64,000 bases of DNA from Candidatus Foliamicus sp. (GCA_965238055.1 OZ250178.1:3209394-3273393); one strand, 5' to 3'; shown: positions 1 through 8,630, counted from the stretch's first letter. The notes: generated by a model not told the origin, from the sequence alone. A program made the numbers and translations.

Positions 1-332
1 CCCCGCAGATGGTCCCAGGCCGGCAGCAAGTTTCGGGCGGCCAGAAGCATCCCGGCCAGGACCACTTCCTTGACCGCATTTGCGTTGGCGCCCGGCGCGT
101 TCAGCACCGGCACGCCGCGCAAGGCCAGGACATCAATCGGAATGTTGTTCACGCCGGCGCCGGCACGCGCCACGACCTGCACGCTGTCGGGAATCTCCAT
201 CGAATGCAGATCCTGAGAACGCAACAGAATGGCGTCGGGCGCGTCGTGGTCCGACGGCGCGGCGTAGCGATCCGAAGGAAGGCGCGCCAGTCCTTCGTTG
301 GCGATATTGTTGTAGATGCGAATATTGAACAT
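1..332 (-). CDS. serA: D-3-phosphoglycerate dehydrogenase-like 2-hydroxyacid dehydrogenase, N-terminal part (gene runs off the left edge)
   Basis: Hand translation of the minus strand from the ATG at 332-330 gives MFNIRIYNNIANEGLARLPSDRYAAPSDHDAPDAILLRSQDLHSMEIPDSVQVVARAGAGVNNIPIDVLALRGVPVLNAPGANANAVKEVVLAGMLL. This is a typical SerA-type N-terminus. It is absent from the ORF track because the window edge truncates it. It lies 28 nt downstream of serC. Confidence 0.7.
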   Translation of the reverse strand, partial: MFNIRIYNNIANEGLARLPSDRYAAPSDHDAPDAILLRSQDLHSMEIPDSVQVVARAGAGVNNIPIDVLALRGVPVLNAPGANANAVKEVVLAGMLLAARNLLPAWDHLR

Positions 333-360
333 CAGCTCCAACTCCAGGCTCGCAGCGGCC

Positions 361-1440
361 TCATGCCCGGCGTTCGAATTCCTTCATGAAGCTGACCAGC
401 GCCTGAACGCCCTGTTCGGGCATTGCGTTGTAAATCGAAGCGCGCATCCCTCCTACCGCGCGATGCCCCTTCAGGCCGTAGAGCCCCTGCTCTTCGGCAG
501 TCTTGAGAAACCGGGCATCCAATGCGGAATCGGCCAGGGTAAAGGGCACATTCATCCAGGAGCGCCACTCGGGATCGACATGATTGGTAAAAAAGGCCGA
601 ACTATCGATGTAGTCATACAAGAACGCGGACTTGCGGCGGTTGCGCTCAGCCATGCCGGCAATCCCACCCTGGTCCGCCACCCAGCGAAACACCAAAGAG
701 GCCACGTACCAGGGGAAAGTTGCGGGCGTGTTCAACAAGGAACCCGCCGCTGCGATCCTGCGATAGTTGAGCGCCAGCGGCGTGTCTTCAGGCACGCGTT
801 CCAGCAGGTCCGGCCGCAGGATGACTACGGTCACCCCGGCTGGCCCGATGTTTTTTTGCGCGCAGGCATAAATCAGTCCGAATCGCTCCACGGGTATCGG
901 ACGCGAAAGCAATGTGGACGACATGTCGCAAACCAGGGGCGCATAGTCCACGTCGGGGGGCGGGTCGATCTCCAATCCATGCAGGGTCTCGTTGGCGGTG
1001 TAGTGCAGATAAGCGGCATCCTCTCCGGCTTTCCAACTCTCCTGTGCCGGAATCGACCGATAGCCGAGTTCTTCGCCGTCGGCAATCACCCGCACGGGTC
1101 GCAACCTGGCAGCCTCGGCAGCTGCCTTGCGGGCCCAGTGCCCGGTAATCAGGTAGTCGACACCCTGCCCCTCCCGCGCCAGAGTCATGGGAATCGTGGC
1201 GAACTGCAGCGTCGCGCCTCCCTGCATGAAAAGCACGGCGTATTCTTCAGGTATCGATAGCAGGGTCCTCAAGTCGCGTTCGGATTGCTCGGCCAACTCA
1301 ACGAACGGGCGGCCGCGGTGACTGTCTTCCATGACGGACAAGCCACGACCCTGCCAGCTCAGCAGTTCATCGCGGGCCTGCTCAAGGACGGGGAGCGGCA
1401 GGCCAGCCGGGCCTGCGCTGAAATTAAAAATCCGAGACAT
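361..1440 (-). CDS. serC: Phosphoserine aminotransferase
   Basis: 359-aa ORF starting MSRIFNFSAGPAGLPLPVLEQA and containing FMQGGATLQF. Full-length class-V aminotransferase SerC pattern, with the conserved gyrA-serC synteny. Confidence 0.95.
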   Translation of the reverse strand: MSRIFNFSAGPAGLPLPVLEQARDELLSWQGRGLSVMEDSHRGRPFVELAEQSERDLRTLLSIPEEYAVLFMQGGATLQFATIPMTLAREGQGVDYLITGHWARKAAAEAARLRPVRVIADGEELGYRSIPAQESWKAGEDAAYLHYTANETLHGLEIDPPPDVDYAPLVCDMSSTLLSRPIPVERFGLIYACAQKNIGPAGVTVVILRPDLLERVPEDTPLALNYRRIAAAGSLLNTPATFPWYVASLVFRWVADQGGIAGMAERNRRKSAFLYDYIDSSAFFTNHVDPEWRSWMNVPFTLADSALDARFLKTAEEQGLYGLKGHRAVGGMRASIYNAMPEQGVQALVSFMKEFERRA

Positions 1441-1453
1441 GCCTACTTCTCAC

Positions 1454-1552
1454 CTGGGAACGAGGGCGTTCCCGCTGGGAACGAGGGCGTCCCGCCCTCG
1501 ATAAGGGCCCACTGCTTTTTGCCGAGGGCGGGACGCCCTCGTTCCCGGGGGG
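1454..1552. repeat. REP-like palindromic element cluster (3 units, mixed orientation) between gyrA and serC
   Basis: TGGGAACGAGGGCGTTCCC and TGGGAACGAGGGCGTCCCGCCCTCG, followed by the inverted CGAGGGCGGGACGCCCTCGTTCCCGGGG. The same element recurs at 10 or more other loci in the window. Confidence 0.85.
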
Positions 1553-1554
1553 AG

Positions 1555-4143
1555 CTAAGCGTCATGCCCAACCGCCGAACCATCCTGTTCGGCGGCGTCG
1601 TCTTCGATCTCCCCCTTCTCGCCGGCAAGCGTGCAGAAGACAGCGACATGGTCTCCCTTGTCGGGGCGCATCACACGCACACCGTGGGAATAGCGGCCCT
1701 GCACCGAAACATCGTCCACCGCCGTTCGAATCAGGGTGCCGCCCGCAGTCATCAGCATTGCCTCGTCGCCATCGCGTACCAGGGCGGCGCCGATCAATTC
1801 TCCGTTGCGCCCTTCCGTGCGAATCGAAATAACGCCTTGCGCCGCTCTGCCTTTGCGCGGAAATTCGGTTACCAGGGTCCGCTTTCCAAAGCCCTTGGTT
1901 GTCGCCTGCAGGATCCAGGCGTCTTCGTGCGCAGTGTCCTCGGCATTCACGATCAGCGCGGCGACTACCTCGTGCTTTTTCTTCTTGAGACGCTGACCGA
2001 TGACGCCTGCGGCCGTGCGGCCCATGGGACGCACCACCGCCTCCGAGAAGCGGGCTGCCCGCCCGCTGCTGGCAAGCAGGATCACGTCGCTGTCGCCGTC
2101 GGTAATCGCCGCTTCCACCAGCCGGTCGCCCTCCTTCAGGCTCAATGCGTAAATCCCGGTGCGGCGGATCTTCGCGAACGCGTCCAGGTGGGTCTTCTTG
2201 ACCCTGCCCCGGCGGGTGGCCATGAACACGAACCGCCCATGGTCAAACGAATCCACGGGCAGGACCGAATTGATCCGCTCGCCTTCTTCCAGGCCCGGCA
2301 GCAGGTTGGCGATGGGCAGGCCACGGGTCTCGCGGCGCTGCGTGGGAATCTCGAAAGGCCTGAGCTGATAGACCCGTGCCTGATCGGTAAAGCAAAGGAG
2401 AGTTGAGTGAGAATTGGTTACGAATATCTGGTCGATGAAGTCCTCTTCACCCACTGAAGCCCCGCGTTTGCCCCGTCCCCCGCGGCCTTGCGTGCGAAAG
2501 GTCTCCAGCTCTTGCGTCTTGACGTAGCCGCGCCAGGACAGTGTTACCAGCACTTCACGCCGTGGTATCAGGTCCTCGTCCGCGGTGCGGCTGTAATCGG
2601 CAATGATCTCCGTGCGGCGTTCGTCGCCGTACTCGTCCCGCAGCTCGATCAGCTCATTCCGAACTACATCAAGGAGCCGATCAGGATCCCGCAGGATTTT
2701 CGTCAACTCCTGCATCTTCTTCAGCAGTTCACCGTATTCCTTGAGGATGGCGTCCTGTTCCAGACCGGTCAGGCGCTGCAGGCGCAGTTCCAGGATCGCC
2801 CGAGCCTGCCGCTCCGTAAGGCGGTAACCGCGATCACTCAGGTTCGGAAGTTCGGTCGGACCGGTCTCGGCGCGTTCGAGCAGTCCCCGCACCGCATCCG
2901 GAGGCCAGATACGAGCCGTCAGCGCCTCGCGCGCCTCCGGGGCGTTGCGCGAGGCCTTGATCAGGGCCACGACTTCATCGATGTTGGCCAGCGCCACGGT
3001 GAGTCCTTCGAGCACATGCCCACGCGCCTTGGCCTGGCGAAGATCATGAACGCTGCGCCGTGTAACGACGTCACGCCGATGATCCAGGAAATGTTCCAGC
3101 ATCTGCTTGAGGTTCAACAGCTGCGGCCGCCCACCGCACAGCGCCACCATGTTGATACCGAAACTCGATTCCAGCGGCGTGCGGCGATACAGGTTGTTGA
3201 GCACGATGTCCGCGCTGGCATCGCGGCGCAACTCCACCACCATCCGCAATCCGTCCTTGTCGGATTCGTCCCGTACCTCGTGGATCCCCAGAATCTCCTT
3301 CTTGCGAGCCAGCATGGCGATCTTTTCAACGCAGCGGGCCTTGTTGACCCGGTAGGGCAACTCGGTGATCACAATCGAGTTGCGCGCATCCCCCTCCTCG
3401 ACGTCCGCCAGCGCTCTCAACAGAATTGATCCGCGGCCGGTGTGGTAGGCCTCGGTCATGCCGGTATCGCCCACGATCTGCGCAGCCGTCGGAAAATCCG
3501 GGCCGGGCACGTACTCCATCAACTCCGCAATCTCGATATCCGGGTTGTAGCTCAAGGCCAGCGACGCGTCTATCACCTCGCGCAAATTGTGAGGCGGAAT
3601 ATTGGTGGCCATCCCCACCGCAATGCCGGAAGCGCCATTGACCAGCAGATTGGGAAGGCGCGCCGGCAGGACCGTGGGTTCTTTCTCGGCGCCGTCGTAG
3701 TTGTCGACAAAATCGACAGTCGAGCGCTCGATGTCGGTCAGCATCAAAGCGGCTATGGGCGCCATCCGGATTTCCGTGTAGCGCATGGCCGCGGGGGCAT
3801 CCCCGTCCATCGAACCAAAGTTTCCCTGTCCATCCACCAACGGATAGCGCAACGAGAAATCCTGAGCCATGCGAACGATCGCGTCGTACACGGCCGTATC
3901 GCCATGCGGATGATATCGGCCTATGACATCACCAACGATCCGCGCCGATTTCTTGTACGGCCGGTCATGCAGGTTGCCCAGTTCCCGCATGGCGTGAAGG
4001 ATGCGGCGATGAACCGGCTTGAGGCCGTCGCGAACGTCGGGGAGAGCCCGGCCCACGATGACGGACATCGCGTAGTCCAGATAGGACCGGCGCATCTCTT
4101 CTTCGAGCTTTACCGGTACGATTTCGGGGGCTGTCCCGGCCAT
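1555..4143 (-). CDS. gyrA: DNA gyrase subunit A
   Basis: 862-aa ORF with the canonical N-terminus ([49 protein letters not shown]) and a C-terminal beta-pinwheel region. Confidence 0.98.
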   Translation of the reverse strand: MAGTAPEIVPVKLEEEMRRSYLDYAMSVIVGRALPDVRDGLKPVHRRILHAMRELGNLHDRPYKKSARIVGDVIGRYHPHGDTAVYDAIVRMAQDFSLRYPLVDGQGNFGSMDGDAPAAMRYTEIRMAPIAALMLTDIERSTVDFVDNYDGAEKEPTVLPARLPNLLVNGASGIAVGMATNIPPHNLREVIDASLALSYNPDIEIAELMEYVPGPDFPTAAQIVGDTGMTEAYHTGRGSILLRALADVEEGDARNSIVITELPYRVNKARCVEKIAMLARKKEILGIHEVRDESDKDGLRMVVELRRDASADIVLNNLYRRTPLESSFGINMVALCGGRPQLLNLKQMLEHFLDHRRDVVTRRSVHDLRQAKARGHVLEGLTVALANIDEVVALIKASRNAPEAREALTARIWPPDAVRGLLERAETGPTELPNLSDRGYRLTERQARAILELRLQRLTGLEQDAILKEYGELLKKMQELTKILRDPDRLLDVVRNELIELRDEYGDERRTEIIADYSRTADEDLIPRREVLVTLSWRGYVKTQELETFRTQGRGGRGKRGASVGEEDFIDQIFVTNSHSTLLCFTDQARVYQLRPFEIPTQRRETRGLPIANLLPGLEEGERINSVLPVDSFDHGRFVFMATRRGRVKKTHLDAFAKIRRTGIYALSLKEGDRLVEAAITDGDSDVILLASSGRAARFSEAVVRPMGRTAAGVIGQRLKKKKHEVVAALIVNAEDTAHEDAWILQATTKGFGKRTLVTEFPRKGRAAQGVISIRTEGRNGELIGAALVRDGDEAMLMTAGGTLIRTAVDDVSVQGRYSHGVRVMRPDKGDHVAVFCTLAGEKGEIEDDAAEQDGSAVGHDA

Positions 4144-4183
4144 TCAAAAAATGCGCCGCGACTAAGGCGGCGCATAACGGTTT
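4048..4183. repeat. Direct repeat copy A (gyrA codons 1-32 plus 40 bp upstream)
   Basis: CCGGCCCACGATGACGGACATCGCGTAGTCCAGATAGG...CATAACGGTTT recurs at 8306-8440 with only a few mismatches. Confidence 0.9.
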
Positions 4184-4213
4184 CAACGGTGCTGATTCTA
4201 TCATTGCGCGCGC

Positions 4214-4257
4214 AATTTTCTGCGGCCGTTCCCACAATTTCCTGCGGCCGTTCCCAC
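4214..4257. repeat. 22-bp tandem direct repeat x2 just upstream of gyrA
   Basis: AATTTTCTGCGGCCGTTCCCAC followed immediately by AATTTCCTGCGGCCGTTCCCAC. Confidence 0.8.
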
Positions 4258-4275
4258 TAAGGGCGCCCGAACCAG

Positions 4276-4686
4276 TCAGGTTCCCGATCCGCCCGGCAAG
4301 CGGCCTTCCTCGTCAATCAAACTTACGCGGCTTGGCCGGGCAGAGCCCCATTTCCAGAGCACAAGATTGCTATCCCCGCGCCCCGTCCCCGCAGCGAAGC
4401 TCCTGACCAGCATCCCTGCATAGCCCGCCGCGATCAGCCGCTCAGCCAGAGCCTGTGACGAAGGGATTCCCCCGTTAAGCATTTCTGCTTCCCAAGTGGG
4501 ACAGGCAAGTTCCGAGTGACTGACGCCCAGCGCCTTGCGCTGTTCAGAGAACTGTAAACCGTTCAGGAATCTGAAGGGCGAAGCCGCCCGATATACTTTC
4601 GGACTGTGGATTCTCGTTCCATACTGAACATTGCTCCAGCCAATGAGCCGGCCGTCCGTGATACTGTAGCGGCGCTGCGGCAACAC
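4276..4686 (-). CDS. RES-domain protein (putative NAD-targeting toxin) with no adjacent antitoxin; possibly degenerate
   Basis: The C-terminal SSQALAERLIAAGYAGMLVRSFAAGTGRGDSNLVLWKW matches the RES-domain Ser region and the NLVLF-type end. The upstream GTRIHSPKVYRAAS resembles the GRxN..Y.A Arg region. GTG start. No DUF2384/Xre partner lies upstream. Confidence 0.5.
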   Translation of the reverse strand: MLPQRRYSITDGRLIGWSNVQYGTRIHSPKVYRAASPFRFLNGLQFSEQRKALGVSHSELACPTWEAEMLNGGIPSSQALAERLIAAGYAGMLVRSFAAGTGRGDSNLVLWKWGSARPSRVSLIDEEGRLPGGSGT

Positions 4687-5139
4687 CCTGGCCTGTGGGA
4701 ACAGCTATGCCGCGCATCGTTGTGGCAAACCCCCACTTTTGCCGGACGCCCGGTTCACAATGAAACAAGTGCCTTGTGCGCAATTGTCAACCATTTGGGG
4801 TCTTGGGAGACCGGCTGTCACGAACTCGCAGACCGGTTTCTTGCGGCTGTCGGAAAGAAGCGCATTCAAGCGCTCATTGAGAGCATCGGCGTAAGCGCGC
4901 TCGATCAAGAGCCGTGGCGATACTGGATGCGGGTCACGGAAGGGGACCTGAACAGCCCGCCGGCGCCTGAGAAGTTCGCTGACGGATGGGGGTTGCGCAA
5001 CTACAGGCGCAACAATGTTGGGTTCGGCAATGAACACCAGGAATTTGACCCGAAGGAAATCCTGCCGACCGGCGAAGACGAGAAGGTCTTATGGTGCTGG
5101 GATGATGTAAACGGGCAGGTCTATCCACTCGTTTACTGA
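4606..5139 (+). CDS. Hypothetical protein (true start probably downstream of 4686)
   Basis: 177-aa ORF with protein-like composition and GC-rich third codon positions (...EPWRYWMRVTEGDLNSPPAPEKFADGWGLRNYRRNNVGFGNEHQEFDPKEILPTGEDEKVLWCWDDVNGQVYPLVY). Its 5' end overlaps the RES ORF, so the start is uncertain. No family recognised. Confidence 0.35.
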   Translation: MDSRSILNIAPANEPAVRDTVAALRQHPGLWEQLCRASLWQTPTFAGRPVHNETSALCAIVNHLGSWETGCHELADRFLAAVGKKRIQALIESIGVSALDQEPWRYWMRVTEGDLNSPPAPEKFADGWGLRNYRRNNVGFGNEHQEFDPKEILPTGEDEKVLWCWDDVNGQVYPLVY

Positions 5140-5712
5140 CCCCATGGAACAGGAACATCCTGAATGCCTGGGGCCGAAAATCCAGTATGTCTGGAAACAC
5201 CTGGGCCGGCTTGACCCGCGCTATGACTGATCGGAGGGACGGCTATCGCCTATCAGCCTGGCCATCGCCAATCCGATTTTTTGGACTCCAAGACAAACAA
5301 ACCGCTTGAACACCCGGGTGCTTTGCGGGCCCGTCTGGCGGAAGTCACGGCCGGCAAGCACAAATGGGTGCGGAGGCAGCCCGATCATTACATCAAGTTC
5401 TTCGAGACCGAGCTTTCGCCCAAGATGGATTTTCATTGAGGGCGCGCTCCAGGCTTTAGCCGCCCCGGCGCCGCTGGGGCTGGATCTCGGCGAACTCTCA
5501 ACACTGTGTGAAAAACTCAAGCAGCCTGCCCGTGCCGGCTGGCCGGACCACCCGTCCCTGCTTCAGCTAGAACAGCAGATCGCCCAACTGCCCTCCGCCC
5601 AGACGTCCCACTAATTCTTCCTCTTGACCCGCCCTGCGCCCACACGCTATAAAGGCTCTTGGAAGGACGAGCTCGCCAGGCTCGTCCACGGAATTCGTCA
5701 AGGAGTACGAAA

Positions 5713-6267
5713 ATGGCGCAGGCATCATTTGACGCAATCTCGGCAACGCGCCGGCTACAGAAAACCGGTTTTCGAGCCGAGCAGGCAGAGGCAGTGGTTC
5801 AGACCGTGATTCAGGCAAACAGTCTCACCATGCAGATGGTTCAGGATTTTGCCGATCTGAAAGCGCACGTGACCGAGAACATGGTCACCAAAGCCTATCT
5901 GGCCGAAACCCTGGGCCAATACGACCTCAAGAACATGGTCACCAAGGCTGACATCCGCGACATGGCCACCAAGTCCGACCTCAAGGACATGGTGACGCGG
6001 GCGCACTTTGACGAGACCGTAGCAACGTTGGCCACCAAGTCCGATCTCAAGGACATGGTGACGCGGGCGCGCTTTGACGAGACCGTAGCAACGTTGGCCA
6101 CCAAGTCCGACATCCGCGACATGGCCACCAAGGAGCATCTAAGGGACCAATTGGATGCAGCCTTTGCCGCAATGCATGCTGACATGCATCACGCCCTGTG
6201 GATCCAGGGCGGGGTGCTTGGCGCCCTCATCCTCGGGCTTGCCGGGCTGATTCTGGTACAGGCTTGA
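5713..6267 (+). CDS. DUF1640 (CCDC90-like) coiled-coil protein with C-terminal TM anchor
   Basis: MAQASFDAISATRRLQKTGFRAEQAEAVVQTV..., repeated ATKSD(L/I)(K/R)DM motifs, and a terminal hydrophobic helix WIQGGVLGALILGLAGLILVQA. The ATG at 5713 is preferred over the ORF-track start at 5659. Confidence 0.75.
   Translation: MAQASFDAISATRRLQKTGFRAEQAEAVVQTVIQANSLTMQMVQDFADLKAHVTENMVTKAYLAETLGQYDLKNMVTKADIRDMATKSDLKDMVTRAHFDETVATLATKSDLKDMVTRARFDETVATLATKSDIRDMATKEHLRDQLDAAFAAMHADMHHALWIQGGVLGALILGLAGLILVQA
5965..6096 (+). repeat. 66-bp in-frame tandem duplication inside the DUF1640 gene
   Basis: GCCACCAAGTCCGA(C/T)CTCAAGGACATGGTGACGCGGGCGC(A/G)CTTTGACGAGACCGTAGCAACGTTG occurs twice, encoding ATKSDLKDMVTRA(H/R)FDETVATL twice. 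Confidence 0.9.
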
Positions 6268-6305
6268 TACGGCGGGTTTGACATTGGCTCATGTGAGATG
6301 TTACT

Positions 6306-6755
6306 TTGCCTCATATGAGCATTGCAGCCGAACAAATCGCAGACGTATTGGGCGGGCCACAAGTTCTCGGACGCCGTGTAAAAAGCATGTGGGAGCTTGA
6401 CAACATCGTGCGAGAGGGCATGCCCAAGCCCGCGCTGGACACCTTTATCGCGACGCTAAAGGCCACCCAACCCGGTGAGCTGGCGGTCCAGCTCCGCAAC
6501 AAGATCGTCCCGCGCGCTACCTACAACCGCGTTGATCGCTTCAACACGCAAGTAAGCGAGACTACCGAACGGCTGGCGCGCTTGTATGCGCTCGCCTTGT
6601 CGGTATTTGAGGATCCTGCTGCCGCTACGCGATTTATGGCCGGCGCGCATCCGGAACTCCACAGTCGCACCCCATTCGACGTGGCTCTTACGGAAATTGG
6701 CGGACGCCAGGTCGAGGAAATCATCGAACGCGGACTTCATGGGCTCCCCGCCTAA
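6306..6755 (+). CDS. Xre/MbcA/ParS-type antitoxin (DUF2384 family) of a RES toxin
   Basis: 149-aa ORF ending in the DUF2384-like AAATRFMAGAHPELHSRTPFDVALTEIGGRQVEEIIERGLHG. It overlaps the downstream RES gene by 17 nt. Confidence 0.85.
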   Translation: MPHMSIAAEQIADVLGGPQVLGRRVKSMWELDNIVREGMPKPALDTFIATLKATQPGELAVQLRNKIVPRATYNRVDRFNTQVSETTERLARLYALALSVFEDPAAATRFMAGAHPELHSRTPFDVALTEIGGRQVEEIIERGLHGLPA

Positions 6756-7221
6756 GAACCATTCTCGCGCCTACAGAATCGTAAGTCCCGAATATCCTTC
6801 ATTCGACGGCTCCGGCACATATCGTTGGGGCAGTCGCTGGATCAGTCCGGGACGCTGGGTAGTGCATGCAGCCGAATCGTTTGCGCTCGCCATGCTTGAG
6901 AGCCTTGTGCATTGGCAAAGCAGCGCACTGCCACCGGCTCTTCTATGCGTGGTAGTGGACATTCCGGATAGCATCAATCAGGAGAGGCTTGACCGGACGC
7001 GCCTGCCACCTCCCAAAGCGCGCGGCTATTCGCAATATCGCGCCATTGGGAACGACTGGTACGATCGCGGCGAATCGGTTGTTCTATGGGCGCCGTCGGT
7101 GGTTTCGCCACACGAATCCAATCTATTGTTCAATCAGATGCACGCCGATTTCTCCAGGATCATTATTCACGGCGGTGTGCCGGCGCGCGTAGACCCAAGA
7201 TTATTCGGTAACAAGCCATAG
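6739..7221 (+). CDS. RES-domain toxin (NAD+ phosphorylase/glycohydrolase family)
   Basis: From the ATG at 6739: MGSPPKNHSRAYRIVSPEYPSFDGSGTYRWGSRWISPGRWVVHAAESFALAMLESLVH...VVLWAPSVVSPHESNLLFN. The canonical RES motifs (R in GSRW, E in MLE, S in PSVV) are in order. Confidence 0.85.
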   Translation: MGSPPKNHSRAYRIVSPEYPSFDGSGTYRWGSRWISPGRWVVHAAESFALAMLESLVHWQSSALPPALLCVVVDIPDSINQERLDRTRLPPPKARGYSQYRAIGNDWYDRGESVVLWAPSVVSPHESNLLFNQMHADFSRIIIHGGVPARVDPRLFGNKP

Positions 7222-7485
7222 AGGCAGGCGGAGGCAGTGGTTCAGACCGTGATTCAGGCAAACAGTCTCACCATGCAGATGGTTCAGGATTTTGCCGATC
7301 TGAAAGCGCATGTGACCGAGAACATGGTCACCAAGTCCGACATCCGCGACATGGCCACCAAGTACCAATTGGATGCGGCCATCACCGCTTTGCGCGCTGA
7401 TATGTATCACGCCGTGTGGATCCAGGGCGGGGTGCTCGGCGCCCTCATCCTCGGGCTTGCCGGGTTGATTCTCGTACAGGCCTGA
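7222..7485 (+). pseudogene. 5'-truncated duplicate of the DUF1640 gene (3' part only)
   Basis: GGCGGAGGCAGTGGTTCAGACCGTGATTCAGGCAAACAGTCTCACCATGCAGATGGTTCAGGATTTTGCCGATCTGAAAGCGCA is nearly identical to 5785-5870. Homology starts directly after the RES stop codon. The first ~25 codons of the full gene are missing. Confidence 0.65.
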
Positions 7486-7547
7486 TGCCGCGGGCGCGAT
7501 CAGCTATACCGAACAATGCGGTTCAATCACTTCTGAGCGGGAACTAA

Positions 7548-7998
7548 GGAAGGTCTGAACAACCCTGATTTTTGCGATGTCCGGCGCCGTTGCATATAGT
7601 TTCGACGCGAAAGGTCCTGCCGGAGTGGCGAACCAACGGCTCACATGCCCCGAAAAACGCTCAAATGGCGGCCTGGCAAGCGAATCCGCCGCCTTTCGGC
7701 GGTTTTCGGGTGCACTGACCCGCCAGTCAAGCCGGCGCATAGCGCCCGGCGATGAGCAGATTGGTGAAACCGAGCAGCAAAGCGATGCGCTGGGTGTTCT
7801 TCGAAAGCCCCCGGTAGCGCACCTTGCCATACCCGAACGGAATCAGCCGGTCCATCTTCTCAAGAAACAGTTCCCGACGCGTCCGGCGCTTCTTTACCTC
7901 ATGCTCCAGTTCCGCAAATGTCGCTTGTTCCATGACCCGTCCTTACACTCCGCCAACCTACCGCAAATTATGACAGAATGGACTTGTTCAGAACTTCG
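7548..7998. mobile_element. Internally deleted IS5-family element (MITE-like, ~450 bp)
   Basis: Terminal inverted repeats GGAAGGTCTGAACAAC (7548-) and, on the reverse complement at 7981-7998, CGAAGTTCTGAACAAGTC (IS5-type GGAAGGT..GAACAA ends). It encloses a 68-codon transposase remnant. Flanks are CTAA and TTAG, so no clean direct target duplication. Confidence 0.65.
7727..7933 (-). pseudogene. IS5-family transposase remnant: N-terminal ~30 aa fused in frame to C-terminal ~35 aa
   Basis: MEQATFAELEHEVKKRRTRRELFLEKMDRLIP (typical IS5 transposase N-terminus) is joined to FGYGKVRYRGLSKNTQRIALLLGFTNLLIAGRY (typical IS5 transposase C-terminus). The whole DDE core is absent. Confidence 0.7.
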
Positions 7999-8319
7999 TT
8001 AGTCAGCAGAGACACTACGGCGGAGCTGATCCGGGTTCTGTCCTATTCCAGGTTTCGCTTGGCAGCCAGTGAACGCGAGGACTTGCTTGGCGACTATCTG
8101 CCGTGGTGCGAAACCGTCACGGCGCCAACGCGGACCAAGGTTCCTCACTGCCGCGAGCCTCACGACCGCCCCTTTCTGGAACTGGCCCTGGCCGCCAAGG
8201 CAGACGCCCTGGTTACTTGTGACAAGGATTTGCTCGCTCTCGCGAAGACATTCTCCGTACCGATTATTGCGCCCCGCGCTTTTCGAAAACACCTGCGCGC
8301 CTCTGCCGGCCCACGATGA
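7999..8319 (+). pseudogene. PIN-domain toxin (TIGR00305-like), N-terminally truncated at the IS5 remnant
   Basis: HDRPFLELALAAKADALVTCDKDLLALAKTFSVPIIAPRAF matches the C-terminal half of PIN-family toxins. The N-terminal acidic-residue region is missing. The ORF's ATG (7978) lies inside the IS inverted repeat, and its 3' end runs into repeat copy B. Confidence 0.6.
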
Positions 8320-8401
8320 CGGACATCGCGTAGTCCAGATAGGGCCGGCGCATCTCTTCTTCGAGCTTTCCCGGTACGATTTCAGGGGCTGTCCCGGCCA
8401 T
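8264..8401 (-). pseudogene. gyrA 5' fragment (32 gyrA codons followed by 13 unrelated codons and a stop)
   Basis: Hand translation from the ATG at 8401 gives [32 protein letters not shown], compared with gyr[33 protein letters not shown]. It then continues as QRRAGVFEKRGAQ and stops. Confidence 0.85.
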
Positions 8402-8440
8402 TCAAAAATGGGCCGCGACTAAGGCCGCGCATAACGGTTT
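8306..8440. repeat. Direct repeat copy B (duplicate of the gyrA 5' end plus leader)
   Basis: See 4048-4183. The copies align end to end from CCGGCCCACGATG to CATAACGGTTT. Confidence 0.9.
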
Positions 8441-8483
8441 GTATGTCGTCAAAAGTACCACTTGACGTGCGCCGCTCCGATTA

Positions 8484-8630
8484 GATATAGGGCTCCATGG
8501 AAGGACGAACCCGCCGGGCTCATCCCGGGAGTTGGTCAAGAAGTACGAGAATAGCCTAGGCATTATTGGACGCAGTCTTGGCAACCCGGCGTCTACAGAA
8601 AACGGGTTTCCGAGCTGACTAGGCGGAGGC
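8484..8630 (+). pseudogene. Degenerate copy of the DUF1640 gene leader and first ~25 codons
   Basis: GGAAGGACGAACCCGCCGGGCTCATCCCGGGAGTTGGTCAAGAAGTACGAGAATAGCCTAGGCATTATTGGACGCAGTCTTGGCAAC...CTACAGAAAACGGGTTTCCGAGC aligns with 5661-5780. The start codon is changed (ATG to ATA at 8551-8553) and an in-frame TAG is present. Confidence 0.55.

Noticed and set aside
316-4260. Plus-strand ORFs 316-1260 (314 aa), 1285-2406 (373 aa), 2488-3429 (313 aa) and 3442-4260 (272 aa).
   Set aside because: They lie opposite serC and gyrA, whose translations are unambiguous. The plus-strand products have no recognisable motifs.
4276-5037. Minus-strand ORFs 4705-5037 and 4276-4686 are in the same frame, separated by a single TAG. 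This suggested a ~250-aa RES protein with a nonsense mutation.
   Set aside because: The upstream part (RRRRAVQVPFRDPHPVSPRLL...) looks like antisense sequence, while the opposite-strand ORF (4606-5139) has protein-like composition. The RES-like Arg region already lies within 4276-4686. This remains unresolved without a profile search.
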